Source of the DNA: an uncultured candidatus Brocadiaceae bacterium
Lineage (GTDB): Bacteria; Planctomycetota; Brocadiia; SM23-32
DNA: 64,000 nt
Assembly (NCBI GenBank): GCA_964510315.1
Contig: CAZEAP010000010.1
Coordinates: 22,201 to 86,200 of the forward strand
Direction: 5' to 3'
Under the pieces are notes generated by a model. It saw only the letters and a program-made list of their open reading frames with translations, searched no databases and had not been told where the DNA came from. Positions 18,800-28,659 of the stretch are shown one piece after another. Made by a program: the position numbers and the translations under genes. Numbering within the stretch: position 1 is the first letter of the stretch; the number at the start of each line of letters is the position of its first letter.

Positions 18800-20383
18800 C
18801 TACATGTAGCCGAGATGCTGGAGCCGCTTCTTCACGTCGTCTCCCGGCAGGCGCTCCTTGGCGGTCTCGCCGATCTCTACCTCGTAACGGTGCGGCTTCT
18901 TTTTCCTATGGCTTTCCGCCAGCAGTTCGGCGGACGGCGTACCGTCGATGCCTTCGGGGGGCGGACATCCGGCCGCGCACAGCAGCGTCGGCGTCATGTC
19001 CAGCAGCCGCGCCATGGGTCTCCGCCCCTTCAGGAAAGCCGGCCCGCGGGCGATGCAGACGCCGGTCGTCCGATGGCGCCCTCGGGCTTTGCCGGTTCGC
19101 CATACGGCATCGGGATGGTCCGCCGGGCTCACCAGGTAAGCGTCGTCGCGAACGTCGAAGATCAGGTCCGGCGCACGCTCCGTATGCCGCCCGGGAAAGG
19201 CATCGTCGCGCGCCATGACACGGGTGAAAACAGGGGTACCGTCCAGCGGATCGCGCGCGGCGCGGAGCGCTTCAGCCACCTCCTCCCGCACGTCCGCATA
19301 CCGATCCGGCGGAACGATGCCCTCCGGCTCCCTGCCGGCCAGATTGACACGGATGGTCTGGGGCGGGCCGTTGTCCAGGAACGCCCGCGTGCGGGACCAG
19401 TCGATGGGCGTCTGCCAGACGGGGAAGTGCTCCTTCAGCCACTGCCACAGGGGACTCGGGATAAGGTCCAGCATCCGCTCGATTCCCAGCCGGTTCAGCA
19501 GGCGGAGCATAGTTCGTGGCTTGAGAAATGCCCCGATGCCGCCGCGGCCGTCTCCCCCGCCCTCGTCCGTAGTCAGCGACAGGTTTGGAGCGTAGGGTCC
19601 CGGCTCGCCGGACTCCCCGTAGTCGAGGAATCCCAGGTCGCAGAGGAGGCGGTTGAGGTTAAGTATTCGGTCGGCGCCGGTGAAACCGTGATCCGAGATG
19701 ATCGCCACGTTTGTTGCATTGGCGCGGGCCACTATCTCGCCCACCGCGGCGTCCACCTCTTGGAACAGCCGCCTCAGGAACGACCTGTCCTCCCAGTGAT
19801 CGTGCTGGGCCCAATCGGTCGCGCTGAAAACGACCATGGCGAGGTTCCAGGGCTGCCGCTCCAGCAAATAGAGGAAGGCGTCCCTCCGCCGCCGCACCGC
19901 CTGGAGCTTGGCGCGCTTCGATGAAGCATGAGCCGTTGAGTAGGCGAACCGGTCTTCCAACTTCCGGGCCAGCCCCTCGGGGCGCGAATACTCGGAGTCG
20001 GGAGGGCTCAAAAAGCCCGCCACCAGTGCCCCATCGATTGGCCGCGGAGGGTAGGTCACCGGCACGTTGACCACCACCGACGCCCCTCCGGCCGCGCCCA
20101 CGTAATCCCACAGCCGGGGCGCGTCGATGTCCCCGCTGTTGACAATCCTTCGCGAGTAGCCTTCCGGCACGCTCAGGTCGAACACCCCTATATTTCCGGG
20201 GTTCATCCCGGTGCTCATAACCGGCCAGGCGGGGCAGCTCAACGGGGGCAGCGTCGAGCGCAATGGCCCGAAGCACCCCTCCTCGGCCAGCCGCCCCAGC
20301 ACGGGCAGTCGACCCGCCTCAAGTGCCGCCGAGACGTATTCCCAGTCCGCGCCGTCGATCCCTATGACAAGAAGACTGTCCAT
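18800..20383 (-). CDS. Alkaline-phosphatase-superfamily type I phosphodiesterase/nucleotide pyrophosphatase family protein
   Basis: N-terminal LVIGIDGADWEYV and metal-binding core ISDHGF are typical of PF01663-like enzymes. Confidence 0.7.
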   Translation of the reverse strand: MDSLLVIGIDGADWEYVSAALEAGRLPVLGRLAEEGCFGPLRSTLPPLSCPAWPVMSTGMNPGNIGVFDLSVPEGYSRRIVNSGDIDAPRLWDYVGAAGGASVVVNVPVTYPPRPIDGALVAGFLSPPDSEYSRPEGLARKLEDRFAYSTAHASSKRAKLQAVRRRRDAFLYLLERQPWNLAMVVFSATDWAQHDHWEDRSFLRRLFQEVDAAVGEIVARANATNVAIISDHGFTGADRILNLNRLLCDLGFLDYGESGEPGPYAPNLSLTTDEGGGDGRGGIGAFLKPRTMLRLLNRLGIERMLDLIPSPLWQWLKEHFPVWQTPIDWSRTRAFLDNGPPQTIRVNLAGREPEGIVPPDRYADVREEVAEALRAARDPLDGTPVFTRVMARDDAFPGRHTERAPDLIFDVRDDAYLVSPADHPDAVWRTGKARGRHRTTGVCIARGPAFLKGRRPMARLLDMTPTLLCAAGCPPPEGIDGTPSAELLAESHRKKKPHRYEVEIGETAKERLPGDDVKKRLQHLGYM

Positions 20384-20414
20384 TTACCCCCGCCCTCGGT
20401 GGTGGCTTTGACTT

Positions 20415-21596
20415 TCAACCCACAGCTCGGGCCTCAGAAATGACCTCCCGGAAGATCGAGACGTACCGGTCGGCGATCTTCTCCGGCGCGTAACGGCGTA
20501 CCTCTGCCCCGTTCCTTCTCCCCATCCTCTGCCGCAGGGAGGCGTCGCCGGCCAGCCGCCGAACGGCCCCCGCCAGGACCTCGGGGGCGTTGGAGTCCGT
20601 CAGCAGCGCGTTGACCTCGTGCTCCAGCAGATCCGTCTGCCCCCCGTGGGAAGCGGCCACTATGGGGAGCCCCGTCCACATGGCTTCCTGAAGGACTATC
20701 CCGAATCCCTCGTGGTGCGAGGACAGGACGTAAACATCGGCGGCCTGAAGATACTCGTACTTCTCCCTCTCGGGGACGTAGCCGGCGAACCTGACCCGTG
20801 CGTCGACGTTCTCACGCCGGGCCAGCGACTCCAGTCGCTCCCGCAACGGCCCCCGGCCGATCAGTATCAGCCGGAATCCCTCCGGCAGGCTGGTCAGGGA
20901 CCGAATAAGCCGGTCGTAGCCCTTGCGTTCGATGAGGCGTCCGACCGAAACGAGGTAGAATCCCTCATCGTCCAGCTCCAGGCCCTCCCGCAACTCCCCG
21001 CGTTCCGCCCGCCACGCCGACGGCGGCGGCTCGAACGGCAGCGGCACGGTGCTAAGTCGGGAGCGGAGGTCTTCGCCGTAGTAGTTCAGGACGTTGCCGG
21101 CCGTATCGCTTGACTGCGCCACAATCCGCGAGGCCCGGGCCAGAACCACCCGCACGGGCAGTCGGGTCGGCCAGAATGCGTGCGGGGAGAGACGCCGAGT
21201 CGGGTCGTAAACGTCCGCCCCGTGGACGGAAAGCACGTTGGGAATACGCCCTATCATCGCGAGGGCCGCACCCAGGGGACCCGAAGGCAGGGCGAAGTGG
21301 GTATTGATGACGTCGTAGCCTCGCCGCGCGCAGAGTCGGAGCCCCGGCTCCAGGGCGTTCACCGGAAAGGACAGCATCGAAGTCACCGAAGCGGTCGCGA
21401 GGGTCTTCCGCCCCGATACCGGAACCCGAAAGACGTTCACGCCGTCCACGATTTCGCGCCGCCTCAGACCGTTGAAATGAGAGGTCAAGTAATCAACGCG
21501 ATGGCGGCGAGCCCACTGACGGGCCAGGCAGAGAGCGGCCACTCCCCCACCTCCGCCGAGGGGAGGCAGTTCGTAGTTGGCAACCAGGATTCTCAT
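20415..21596 (-). CDS. Glycosyltransferase family 4
   Basis: GT4 C-terminal motif EGFGIVLQEAMWTGLPIVA; N-terminal MRILVANYELPP. Confidence 0.8.
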   Translation of the reverse strand: MRILVANYELPPLGGGGGVAALCLARQWARRHRVDYLTSHFNGLRRREIVDGVNVFRVPVSGRKTLATASVTSMLSFPVNALEPGLRLCARRGYDVINTHFALPSGPLGAALAMIGRIPNVLSVHGADVYDPTRRLSPHAFWPTRLPVRVVLARASRIVAQSSDTAGNVLNYYGEDLRSRLSTVPLPFEPPPSAWRAERGELREGLELDDEGFYLVSVGRLIERKGYDRLIRSLTSLPEGFRLILIGRGPLRERLESLARRENVDARVRFAGYVPEREKYEYLQAADVYVLSSHHEGFGIVLQEAMWTGLPIVAASHGGQTDLLEHEVNALLTDSNAPEVLAGAVRRLAGDASLRQRMGRRNGAEVRRYAPEKIADRYVSIFREVISEARAVG

Positions 21597-21597
21597 A

Positions 21598-22677
21598 TCA
21601 GCTTGCAGGGGTACGATCCCCGGGCCTTTCGGCCGGTGCGGCCTCCAACTCGTTCTTCACCGTCTGCCGCAGGGCGCTCGTCTCGCCGTTGTGGACGGCT
21701 CGCACCGCGTAGGTCTTCCGATCCTGGGACTCGTGGTAGGTCCGCGTCAATACCTCCATGATCAGGCCCATCAGCAGCACCTGGATGCTGATGATCAGCA
21801 GCGTTACGCTCAGATACAGCAGCGGGTTACCCGTCATGTCCCACCCGTAGCCGAACTTCTGGATCAGCACCACCGCCAGGACCGTGAAGGCCGAAAGCAG
21901 CGCAGCCAGCCCGATCTTGCCGAAAAAGTAGAGGGGCTTTGTCAGGTACTCCATCATGAATTTCACGGTCAGCAGGTCCAGCAGAACGCGGAAGGTGCGG
22001 CCGAGCCCGTACTTGCTCCGCCCCGCCCGACGCGGCCGGTGGTTGACCACCATCTCGGTGACCCTCCCACCCACCCAGTGGACAAGCGCGGGGATGAAGC
22101 GATGCATCTCCCCGTAGAGCCGCACGTCCTCCAGCACTTCGCGTCGGTATGCCTTCAGAGAACAGCCGTAGTCGTGGAGGTGCACGCCGGTGATGACGCT
22201 GATCAGCCAGTTCGCCGCCCGGCTAGGGATGCGGCGCAGCAGGCCGTCCTTGCGCTGTTTGCGCCAGCCGCTGACAACGTCATAGCCCGGCTCCTCCGAC
22301 AGCTTCGCCACCAGCGCCGGGATGTCCCGTGGGTCGTTCTGAAGGTCGCCGTCCATCGGCACGACGACGTCGGCACGCGCCCTGTCGAAGCCGGCCTCCA
22401 GGGCCGCGGCCTGGCCGAAGTTCCGCCGTAGTTCCACCACGCTGACGCGCGGGTCGTCCTCGGCGGTCCTGAGGAGTTCCGAAAGGGTGTCGTCGGTGCT
22501 GCCGTCGTCCACGAAGATTGTCTCATATCGCAGGTCCGTTGCGGCCATTGCCTCCGAGATGTCCCGGAGGCAGGGCGCAACGTTCTGCTCCTCGTTGTAG
22601 ACCGGCACCACGATGGATACGTCGATATCCCGTGTCGCCGGCCGTTCTTTGCCCCGCAGAGCCGCCATGCCGCCCAC
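21598..22677 (-). CDS. GT2 polyprenyl-phosphate glycosyltransferase (GtrB/ArnC/DPM1-like)
   Basis: VSIVVPVYNEE...FVDDGSTDDT...DGDLQNDP GT-A core plus two C-terminal TM helices, as in GtrB/ArnC. Start is GTG at 22677 or ATG at 22668. Confidence 0.8.
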   Translation of the reverse strand: MGGMAALRGKERPATRDIDVSIVVPVYNEEQNVAPCLRDISEAMAATDLRYETIFVDDGSTDDTLSELLRTAEDDPRVSVVELRRNFGQAAALEAGFDRARADVVVPMDGDLQNDPRDIPALVAKLSEEPGYDVVSGWRKQRKDGLLRRIPSRAANWLISVITGVHLHDYGCSLKAYRREVLEDVRLYGEMHRFIPALVHWVGGRVTEMVVNHRPRRAGRSKYGLGRTFRVLLDLLTVKFMMEYLTKPLYFFGKIGLAALLSAFTVLAVVLIQKFGYGWDMTGNPLLYLSVTLLIISIQVLLMGLIMEVLTRTYHESQDRKTYAVRAVHNGETSALRQTVKNELEAAPAERPGDRTPAS

Positions 22678-22897
22678 CAGAGGGAAGGAGTCGTGCGGAT
22701 TCGAGCAATCCGGCTGCCACGCTAATCCATTCCAGAAGGTCTATACAAGCAAAAGCGGTGCCGGTTCATTGTGCGAGTCCTCAGAGGCCGATCGCAAGGC
22801 CCGCAGACACTCCCCACAGGCCCGCTGATGGGTGATCCGGAGAGCCCGCTCCTTGCCTTGAACGGGCGGGATGGGTCTGCTAAAATACCGTGTCGGC

Positions 22898-22971
22898 TGA
22901 GGATTGGTGTAATGGTAACACGCCTGACTCTGGATCAGGTAATCCAGGTTCGAATCCTGGATCCTCAGCCA
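22898..22971 (+). tRNA. tRNA-Gln (anticodon CTG)
   Basis: Cloverleaf folded by hand: 7-bp acceptor tgaggat/atcctca, anticodon stem cctga/tcagg with loop ctCTGga, T-arm ccagg-ttcgaat-cctgg, discriminator G and encoded CCA. Confidence 0.85.
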
Positions 22972-22984
22972 TTTTCGAATTGGT

Positions 22985-23062
22985 GGCCCCATCGTCTAGC
23001 CCGGCCCAGGACGCCGGACTCTCATTCCGGTAACAGGGGTTCAAATCCCCTTGGGGCTACCA
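22985..23062 (+). tRNA. tRNA-Glu (anticodon CTC)
   Basis: Closely parallels E. coli tRNA-Glu (GTCTAG...GGTAACAGGGGTTCaAATCCCCT). Anticodon loop ctCTCat, acceptor ggcccca/tggggct (G1-U72), encoded CCA. Confidence 0.85.
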
Positions 23063-23216
23063 TTTTCATTTCTGCTCCGCCGAAATGAACGCACTGGAGC
23101 AGGAAAACGGCAGCCCGGTAGAGAACGGCAAGGACCTCCCCGCCCTGAGCTATCGGGGTGCTCTGTAGAAAGCATCCATCGGCACTCAAATCGGCCCGGC
23201 GCCTTGCCACGCCGTG

Positions 23217-23320
23217 CTTTACCGCCATGCCGTCTCGCATGCCGGCGATGCCCCTGCTTCCCGGCGGGCAAGCTCCGCTCGCTGAAAGTGCGCTCGCGCA
23301 GAATGACATCGGGAGCGGTG
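23217..23320 (+). repeat. Non-coding repeat element, copy B (core 23263-23320)
   Basis: About 86% identical over the ~58-nt core to 9426-9484; it sits about 284 nt upstream of the ATG at 23604. Confidence 0.5.
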
Positions 23321-23603
23321 CGCCGGCGGATGGCACACCATTTCTACAGAGCAGTATCGGGGCCGATTCAGAGCTGCGCCCGCGGCGTCGCCGCCTCCGG
23401 CAGATTCTCTGATCCCACCACCTGATGCACCGTTCAGGGGCTCCTCCCGCTGAAGGGAGCGCTCTGCACGCCGGCTCACCTTTGCAGAAGTTGCCTGCTC
23501 CGGTATATACTCCCGGTGTGCGAAGGCGTTCGGCCAGAAAGGCTTCTGCCTTCTGAGCCCTCATCACAGGAAAGGATAAGCCTTCCTGCGACTGCCTCCG
23601 CGC

Positions 23604-26600
23604 GTGAGCGGAGGAACGCAAGAATCAACCCAGGCTGAACGGACCTCTGGCATGTCCGGCCAGAAATCAACTTCTCCCGAAGCCGAATCGCTCTGCCCCT
23701 CGGGTGTTTCCCGTTCCACCGGGTTGTCCGTACCGGCACGGTCGGCGGTCTATGGCGCCTTCTTCCTCTCCGGCGCCACGGCGCTGACGTTCGAGATCCT
23801 GTGGAGCCGGCAGTTCGTGCCCATATTCGGGAACAGCTCCTATGCCATCAGCGCCGTGTTGTGCGCCTTTATGGCCGGACTGGGCGTGGGGAATTGGGCG
23901 GGAGGCGTTCTGGCGGACCGCGTCCGCCGGAGGCTGCTGTTGTTCGCCGGCATTGAGACCGGTATCGCCGCCTGGGCGCTCCTGATGCCCTGGCTGCTGG
24001 CCGGCCTCCGCCGTTACGTTCCCCGGACATCGCTGCTGGTCTCGGACTCCCTGGCAGTAACCAGCGCGACCCGCTTTGTGTTCTCGCTGGCCATCCTGCT
24101 GATCCCCTGCGCGCTTATGGGCATGACCCTGCCCTGCCTGAGCCGCTTTGCCACGGAATCCGGCAAGGTCCTGGGCAAACGGGTGGGATTGCTTTACGGG
24201 CTCAACACCGTCGGCGCCGCCCTGGGCTGTCTGGCGGCCGGATACCTGCTGCTGGACGCCCTCGGCACAGCGGCTACAAATTACATTGCGGTGGGAATCA
24301 ACCTTGTTGTGGCGGCCGCAATCGCCCTGCTCCAGATCAGGATCAGCCGCGGGGCGCGCCCCGCGGCAAAGGAGCCGGTCGCCGCAGCGCCCGCGCCGCC
24401 GGGAGTTCCGCGGACGCTGCTGTTAGGGCTGGCGTTTCTGGGCGGTCTGGCGGGGCTCGCCTGCGAGGTGTTGTGGCTGCGCTACATGTATTTCGTAACG
24501 AGCGTCGCTTATTCCTTCACCAACATCCTGGCGATCTTCCTTTTGGGCCTCGGGGCGGGCAGCCTTCTTTACCGGCTGCTGCTTTCGGAGACGAAGCGTC
24601 CGCTGCGAGCCCTGGGCGTGGTGGAGATACTGCTCGGCCTGTCGGTGCCTGTCTGTTTCGCCGCGGGTGCAAAACTCTACTCCTCGTGGTATCTGAGCCG
24701 AGGCCCGCTGCTCGCCACGAAGATGGCTCTGCTGACCATCTTCCTCCCTACGGTATTCATGGGAATGGCCTTTCCCCTGCTGTGCGCCGCCTATGGCCCG
24801 CGGCTCAGCAAGGTGGGCCGGACGGTGGGGGCCATAGCCGGCCTGAACACAGCCGGCTCGATTGTTGGTTCGCTTCTGCCCATTTTCGTGCTGCTGCCGT
24901 TGCTGGGAGTGCAGAACAGCCTGCTGCTTCTGGCTTCGATGTATCTGGTAGTGGGCTCCCTGGTGCTGGCGGTTTCAGTGCGGCAGGGCCGACTGCGGCG
25001 GGTCGGTGTGGTGGGGGCCAGCGCGCTGGTAGTCATCCTGATGCTGACGTGCTTTCCGGCCGGACTGTGCCGACAGGTGTTTCTGGCCACCTCTCCGGAG
25101 CTGGGCGCTCACACGGAGATAGCCTTCTGGAAGGAAGGCCGCACGGCGACATCGGTTGTGGTAAGGGACAAGGTGGACGGCCTGAAAAACCTGTATATCA
25201 ACGGTACCGAAGAGGTGCCCATGCACTTTCCCGGCATGTCGGCGCACAAGATGCTGGGGACCCTGGGCCCGCTGCTCCATCCGAATCCAGACCGCGTATT
25301 CCTGATATGTTTCGGCGGGGGCATCACTGCCGGAACCGTGGTGCAACACCCCGAGGTGAAGTCGCTGGAGGTGGTGGACCTGGAAACCACGGTCTTCGAA
25401 GCGGCCGGCCTGCTGGAGGAGGCGAACAACCGTGTCCTCAGCAACCCCAAGGTGACCACGGCCGTCGCAGACGGACGGAATTATGCGCTCAGGCGTTCCA
25501 AGAAATGGCCCGTAATCATCGCAGACTCGACTCACCCGAAGGGAACCGACAGTTGGGTGCTTTACACCCGCGAGTTCTACCGGCTGATGCAGCGACACCT
25601 GAGCGAGGACGGGGTGTTCGTGCAATGGCTGCCCATGGTGGACCTCAGCGTCAGTGAATTCAAGATCATTCTTCGCACGCTGCAGTCGGTGTTTCCCCAT
25701 ACCAGCGTCTGGCTGACCTGCGGTGCCGACAGCACCGCAGGCGTGCGAGGAGACACCTTCCTTGTGGCCACCCCGGAGCCGTTGCAAATCAATCTGGAGC
25801 AGTTGCGGGAGAAGCTGGCCGCCCCGGCGGTCGCTAAGGACCTGCGCCCATACGGCCTGGATCGACCCGCGGAGGTGCTGAACTGCTTACTGGCCGCCGG
25901 CGACGGATTGCGAGCCTGGGTCGGGGGAGGGCCCATAAACACCGACGACCTGCCCCTCACCTATTACGAGACCCGCTATTCGCGCGGTACGCAGTGTCGG
26001 CTGCCTCAACTGGCCGAGCTAATGCAGGGAGTAGGATCCTACCTGACGCACGCCGGTCCGCCCGACAGGTACGCAGAGCTGAAGCGGAAGCTGGAGCGCT
26101 ACCGCAAAGGCAAGAAGCGTTTCATGACGGGGGACCTCCGGAGTGCATTCGAGCTGCTGCCCGAAAGTCCGCGGTTCCAGCAATTCAGCAGGAATCTCCA
26201 GCGGAGCGTCGGTTACGTCCGCCGCGTCACCCGCTATTACCAGGACCATCCGCTGCTTCTCGCCTGGTGGGCGCAGCGAGTGATGAACTACCCCGCCGGA
26301 GACCGCCTCGCAATGGAACTCTACCGCCGCCTGGTGAAGCTACGCCCCCGCGACGTGGGCGCCCGGAACAATCTGGCCCTCCTCTTGCACCGGCGCGGCA
26401 GAACGAAGGAAGCCGCTCGCCAGCTTCGGACCGTGGTGAGGAACGGGAAGGCCACCGCCCAGACCTACAACAACCTCGGGCTGTTTCTGGCCTCCCTCGG
26501 CGAGAACGAAGAGGCCTACGCGAACTACCGCCGAGCCCTCGGCAAGGATCCCGAGTTCGCCGACGCGCACTACAATCTCGGCGCACTGGCGGAGCGAAGA

Positions 26601-26990
26601 GGGAATCTCCAGGCCGCCGTCGATCACTATCGTGCGGCCGTCCGCTACGACCCCACGTCAGTCCAGGCGCTGGTACGACTGAGCCAGGCCCTGATGGCAA
26701 AGGGAGAGCACTTTGTGGCCGCACAGTACCTGCACAAAGCCGTCGGACTTAGCCCGCACAGCGCGACCCTCCACTATGGCCTCGGAGTTGCGCTGCTGCG
26801 CCAGGGCCACGCCGAGGCGGCTATCGCCAGCCTCCAACGCGCCCTCCGGATCGCCCCCGAACGAGAGGCCGTAAAGCAAAAACTCGCGCAGGCCCGCGCA
26901 CTCGTCGAGAAGCATGCCTCCTCGGGTCCAGAAACTTCGCCCCCCCTCAACCCCGGAGCCGGGCCCGGCGAAAGCTCTGAGGCGCCTTGA
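23604..26990 (+). CDS. Fused polytopic membrane / spermidine-synthase-like (PABS) / TPR-repeat protein
   Basis: 1128 aa. N-terminal ~12 TM helices, then a SAM-MTase-like spermidine synthase fold (LICFGGGITAGTVVQHPEVKSLEVVDLE), then C-terminal TPR repeats. A candidate promoter TTTGCA-N17-TATATA lies about 100 nt upstream. Confidence 0.7.
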   Translation: MSGGTQESTQAERTSGMSGQKSTSPEAESLCPSGVSRSTGLSVPARSAVYGAFFLSGATALTFEILWSRQFVPIFGNSSYAISAVLCAFMAGLGVGNWAGGVLADRVRRRLLLFAGIETGIAAWALLMPWLLAGLRRYVPRTSLLVSDSLAVTSATRFVFSLAILLIPCALMGMTLPCLSRFATESGKVLGKRVGLLYGLNTVGAALGCLAAGYLLLDALGTAATNYIAVGINLVVAAAIALLQIRISRGARPAAKEPVAAAPAPPGVPRTLLLGLAFLGGLAGLACEVLWLRYMYFVTSVAYSFTNILAIFLLGLGAGSLLYRLLLSETKRPLRALGVVEILLGLSVPVCFAAGAKLYSSWYLSRGPLLATKMALLTIFLPTVFMGMAFPLLCAAYGPRLSKVGRTVGAIAGLNTAGSIVGSLLPIFVLLPLLGVQNSLLLLASMYLVVGSLVLAVSVRQGRLRRVGVVGASALVVILMLTCFPAGLCRQVFLATSPELGAHTEIAFWKEGRTATSVVVRDKVDGLKNLYINGTEEVPMHFPGMSAHKMLGTLGPLLHPNPDRVFLICFGGGITAGTVVQHPEVKSLEVVDLETTVFEAAGLLEEANNRVLSNPKVTTAVADGRNYALRRSKKWPVIIADSTHPKGTDSWVLYTREFYRLMQRHLSEDGVFVQWLPMVDLSVSEFKIILRTLQSVFPHTSVWLTCGADSTAGVRGDTFLVATPEPLQINLEQLREKLAAPAVAKDLRPYGLDRPAEVLNCLLAAGDGLRAWVGGGPINTDDLPLTYYETRYSRGTQCRLPQLAELMQGVGSYLTHAGPPDRYAELKRKLERYRKGKKRFMTGDLRSAFELLPESPRFQQFSRNLQRSVGYVRRVTRYYQDHPLLLAWWAQRVMNYPAGDRLAMELYRRLVKLRPRDVGARNNLALLLHRRGRTKEAARQLRTVVRNGKATAQTYNNLGLFLASLGENEEAYANYRRALGKDPEFADAHYNLGALAERRGNLQAAVDHYRAAVRYDPTSVQALVRLSQALMAKGEHFVAAQYLHKAVGLSPHSATLHYGLGVALLRQGHAEAAIASLQRALRIAPEREAVKQKLAQARALVEKHASSGPETSPPLNPGAGPGESSEAP

Positions 26991-27089
26991 GCACGGTCGG
27001 CAAGGCCTGCGCTTGTGGAATGCTGAGCCCCACGATACGGTATAGGCGTGTCCCCTACCCCGTAACCATTCCGGAGGGCAGACAACGTC

Positions 27090-28298
27090 ATGGCCGTCAC
27101 CTTTGCCGAACGAGTCCACAATCTGCTGTGGGAGCAGGAGGATCTGCTGGAGCGCCGGAACGAGATCGATGAGAGGTGGTCCAACGGTATCTTCGATAGA
27201 TGCCGTTACCCGGTCCTCACCCGCCGGCACGTGCCAGTCCGGTGGCGCTACGACCTCAACCCCGAGACCAATCCCCTTCTGTTGGAACGCCTCGGGGTCA
27301 ACAGCGTGTTCAACCCGGGAGCGATCCGCCTGGGACCGCACATCTGCCTGGTCTGCCGCGTGGAGGGATACGACCGCAAGTCATTCTTCGCCGTGGCCGA
27401 GAGTGATAGCCCGGTTGACCGCTTCCGTTTCCGGGATTACCCCGCCCTCATCCCGGAGAGCCCGGGCCCCGCGACCAATCTCTACGACATGCGTCTGACG
27501 CGGCACGAAGACGGCTGGATCTACGGAACGTTCTGCGTGGAACGGCCCGACCCGGATGCCGCGCCGGGCGACACCTCCAGCGCCGTGGCCGGCTGCGGCA
27601 TCGCTCGAACCAGGGACCTGGAGGAATGGGAACGCCTGCCCGATCTCCGTTCCGACGCCCCCCAGCAAAGGAACGTCGTCCTTCATCCGGAGTTCGTGGA
27701 CGGCCGGTACGCCTTCTACACCCGGCCGCAGAAGGGCTTCACCGGGACCAACTCCGCCGGTGGCATCGGCTGGGCCCTCTGCGAGGACATTGAGGATCCC
27801 GCGGTCGCCGAGGAAAAGATCATCGACCCGCCCGTCTACCACACCGTCAAGGAGGTGAAGAACGGGGCCGGGCCGCCTCCGCTGAAGACCGATGAAGGCT
27901 GGCTCCACCTCGCCCATGGCGTGCGCGATACGGCCGCCGGGCTCCGCTACGTGCTCTACGCCTTTCTCTGCGACCTGGAGGACCCGAGCCGGGTCACCCA
28001 CCGGCCGGGCGGCTACCTGATCGCCCCGAAGTTCGAGGAACGGATCGGCGACGTCAGCAACGTCGTATTCTGCAATGGCGCTGTCGTCGGGGACGATGGC
28101 GACGTCCACATCTATTACGCCTCCAGCGACACCCGCGTCCACGTGGCCGCCACTACGATCGAGAAGCTTCTGGACTATTGCCTGAACACGCCGGAGGACG
28201 CGGGGCGCTCGCGGGGCTGTGTCGAGCAGCGGATGGAGCTGATCCGCCGCAACGAGGAAGCCCTAAAGAAGCTGGGGATGGAGGCTGAGGAATTCTGA
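27090..28298 (+). CDS. GH130 beta-1,4-mannoside phosphorylase-like
   Basis: N-terminus [43 protein letters not shown] closely resembles characterised 4-O-beta-D-mannosyl-D-glucose phosphorylases. Confidence 0.85.
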   Translation: MAVTFAERVHNLLWEQEDLLERRNEIDERWSNGIFDRCRYPVLTRRHVPVRWRYDLNPETNPLLLERLGVNSVFNPGAIRLGPHICLVCRVEGYDRKSFFAVAESDSPVDRFRFRDYPALIPESPGPATNLYDMRLTRHEDGWIYGTFCVERPDPDAAPGDTSSAVAGCGIARTRDLEEWERLPDLRSDAPQQRNVVLHPEFVDGRYAFYTRPQKGFTGTNSAGGIGWALCEDIEDPAVAEEKIIDPPVYHTVKEVKNGAGPPPLKTDEGWLHLAHGVRDTAAGLRYVLYAFLCDLEDPSRVTHRPGGYLIAPKFEERIGDVSNVVFCNGAVVGDDGDVHIYYASSDTRVHVAATTIEKLLDYCLNTPEDAGRSRGCVEQRMELIRRNEEALKKLGMEAEEF

Positions 28299-28537
28299 AC
28301 GCTGACGTTGCTACGCGAGAAGCATCCATGATATACCCGGAAAAGGCCCCGGGGCCGATTGTGGCGACCAAGCCCACGGCGTGACGGAACAGCGAGATTC
28401 GTTCGGCACCTGAAGATGTGGCGGCGGAGCGGGACAGCGGGAAGGCCGGGCCAAACGGAACAGCGGACGATCTTCTCTACCGACCCACTTCAGAATGCAC
28501 TATCAATCGACATCCCGCGGCCTCGGTGGCATTCGGG

Positions 28538-28566
28538 TTGACCGTGAGAGCTGCTTCGCATATACT
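28538..28566 (+). promoter_or_regulatory. Sigma70-type promoter for tRNA-Val (TTGACC-N17-TATACT)
   Basis: TTGACC at 28538-43 and TATACT at 28561-66; the tRNA starts at 28581. Confidence 0.5.
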
Positions 28567-28580
28567 CATCGTTGACCGGT

Positions 28581-28656
28581 GGGCGCATAGCTCAGTGGCG
28601 AGAGCGCTACCTTCACACGGTAGAAGTCGCAGGTTCGAGTCCTGCTGCGCCCACCA
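28581..28656 (+). tRNA. tRNA-Val (anticodon CAC)
   Basis: GGGCGCA-TA-GCTCAGTGGCGAGAGC-G-CTACCttCACacGGTAG-AAGTC-GCAGGTTCGAGTCCTGC-TGCGCCC-A-CCA. Canonical 76-nt cloverleaf. Confidence 0.9.
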
Positions 28657-28659
28657 TTT

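Noticed and set aside
23330-23360. Sigma54-like TGGCAC-N5-TTCTA downstream of repeat copy B
   Set aside because: The -12 element lacks the essential GC dinucleotide; no equivalent is present after copy A.
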